Assembly: GCA_038889075.1 (NCBI GenBank)
Contig: JAWAHS010000001.1
Coordinates: 172,192-196,191 of the forward strand
Direction of reading: 5' to 3'
Length of the DNA stretch: 24,000 nucleotides
Source: Ignisphaera sp.
Lineage (GTDB): Archaea; Thermoproteota; Thermoprotei_A; Sulfolobales; Ignisphaeraceae
Positions 23,831 through 24,000 of this stretch are shown piece after piece. Under the pieces are notes generated by a model. That model searched no databases. It saw only the letters and a list, made by a program, of their open reading frames with translations, and was not told the origin of the DNA. Positions within the stretch are counted from its first letter, which is position 1; every line of letters starts with the position of its first letter. The position numbers and the translations under genes are program-made.

Positions 23831-24000
23831 ACTGCAGATATCTATGTATGTAATCGTAATAGTTTCACTATATGTGAACATAGCTGTATGTATGTATGGT
23901 GTTATATCCAAGCCCAATTTGGTAAAGAAATTAATATCTTTTACAATACTTCAAGATTCTATCAATGCATTCCTAATACTTATAGGATATAGATTGTGGA
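23820..24000 (+). CDS. mrpC: MnhC/MrpC (NuoK-like, MbhG-like) membrane subunit. Partial; C-terminus lies beyond the window.
   Basis: Hand translation: (V)GSELQISMYVIVIVSLYVNIAVCMYGVISKPNLVKKLISFTILQDSINAFLILIGYRLW, open to the window end. G.y.....nl.k.li...i....vn.f.i..gy is the MnhC/NuoK pattern. Candidate starts are GTG 23811, GTG 23820 and ATG 23844. Confidence 0.6.
   Translation, partial: MGSELQISMYVIVIVSLYVNIAVCMYGVISKPNLVKKLISFTILQDSINAFLILIGYRLW

Noticed and set aside
1-24000. CRISPR arrays, insertion sequences, integrases, toxin-antitoxin or other defence/mobile modules
   Set aside because: I saw no regularly spaced direct repeats of 24-40 nt, no transposase-, integrase- or Cas-like ORFs, and no terminal inverted repeats. 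All sizeable ORFs are accounted for by metabolic, maturation or membrane functions.

Overview
All calls rest on motif recognition in the supplied translations and on hand reading of the DNA. No homology search, structure prediction or statistics were run.

This looks like an archaeal chromosomal segment. It is about 40% GC by hand count, with ATA/AGA/AGG-rich codon usage. TATA-like boxes sit about 35-50 nt upstream of starts. GGTG-type Shine-Dalgarno (SD) motifs and many TTG/GTG starts are present. I support 25 protein genes, two of them cut by the window edges. I found no rRNA, tRNA, CRISPR array, transposase or integrase.

The window is dominated by methanogen-type C1-cofactor and nickel-enzyme functions:
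- Methanofuran genes: mfnB (partial), a short amino-acid-kinase (MfnE-like) and an ATP-grasp ligase (MfnD-like).
- F420 tail genes: cofC, cofD and a divergent cofE-like gene.
- Two H4MPT-linked genes: a hydantoinase-A-like gene and a HisA/HisF-like gene.
- C1 enzymes: mer and a lone mtrH homologue.
- [NiFe]-hydrogenase maturation genes hypF, hypC and hypE (no hypD), plus a CooT-type nickel protein.
- The first five genes of an Mrp/Mbh-type membrane module, starting 27 nt after mer.
- A fused ADP-forming acetyl-CoA synthetase with an orphan Pta-N/DRTGG protein, and a MIP channel with non-canonical NPS/NFA motifs.

No mcr genes are visible.

Regions most worth follow-up:
1. A 517-aa uncharacterised protein with a C-terminal CxxC...CxxC ribbon and a palindrome in its promoter.
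2. The ~0.95 kb ORF-free AT-rich stretch upstream of that gene.
3. An ECF-type S/T membrane pair nested inside the cofC-cofD-cofE-like operon, with no ATPase and no FO synthase in view.
4. The mtrH / mer / Mrp-Mbh juxtaposition.
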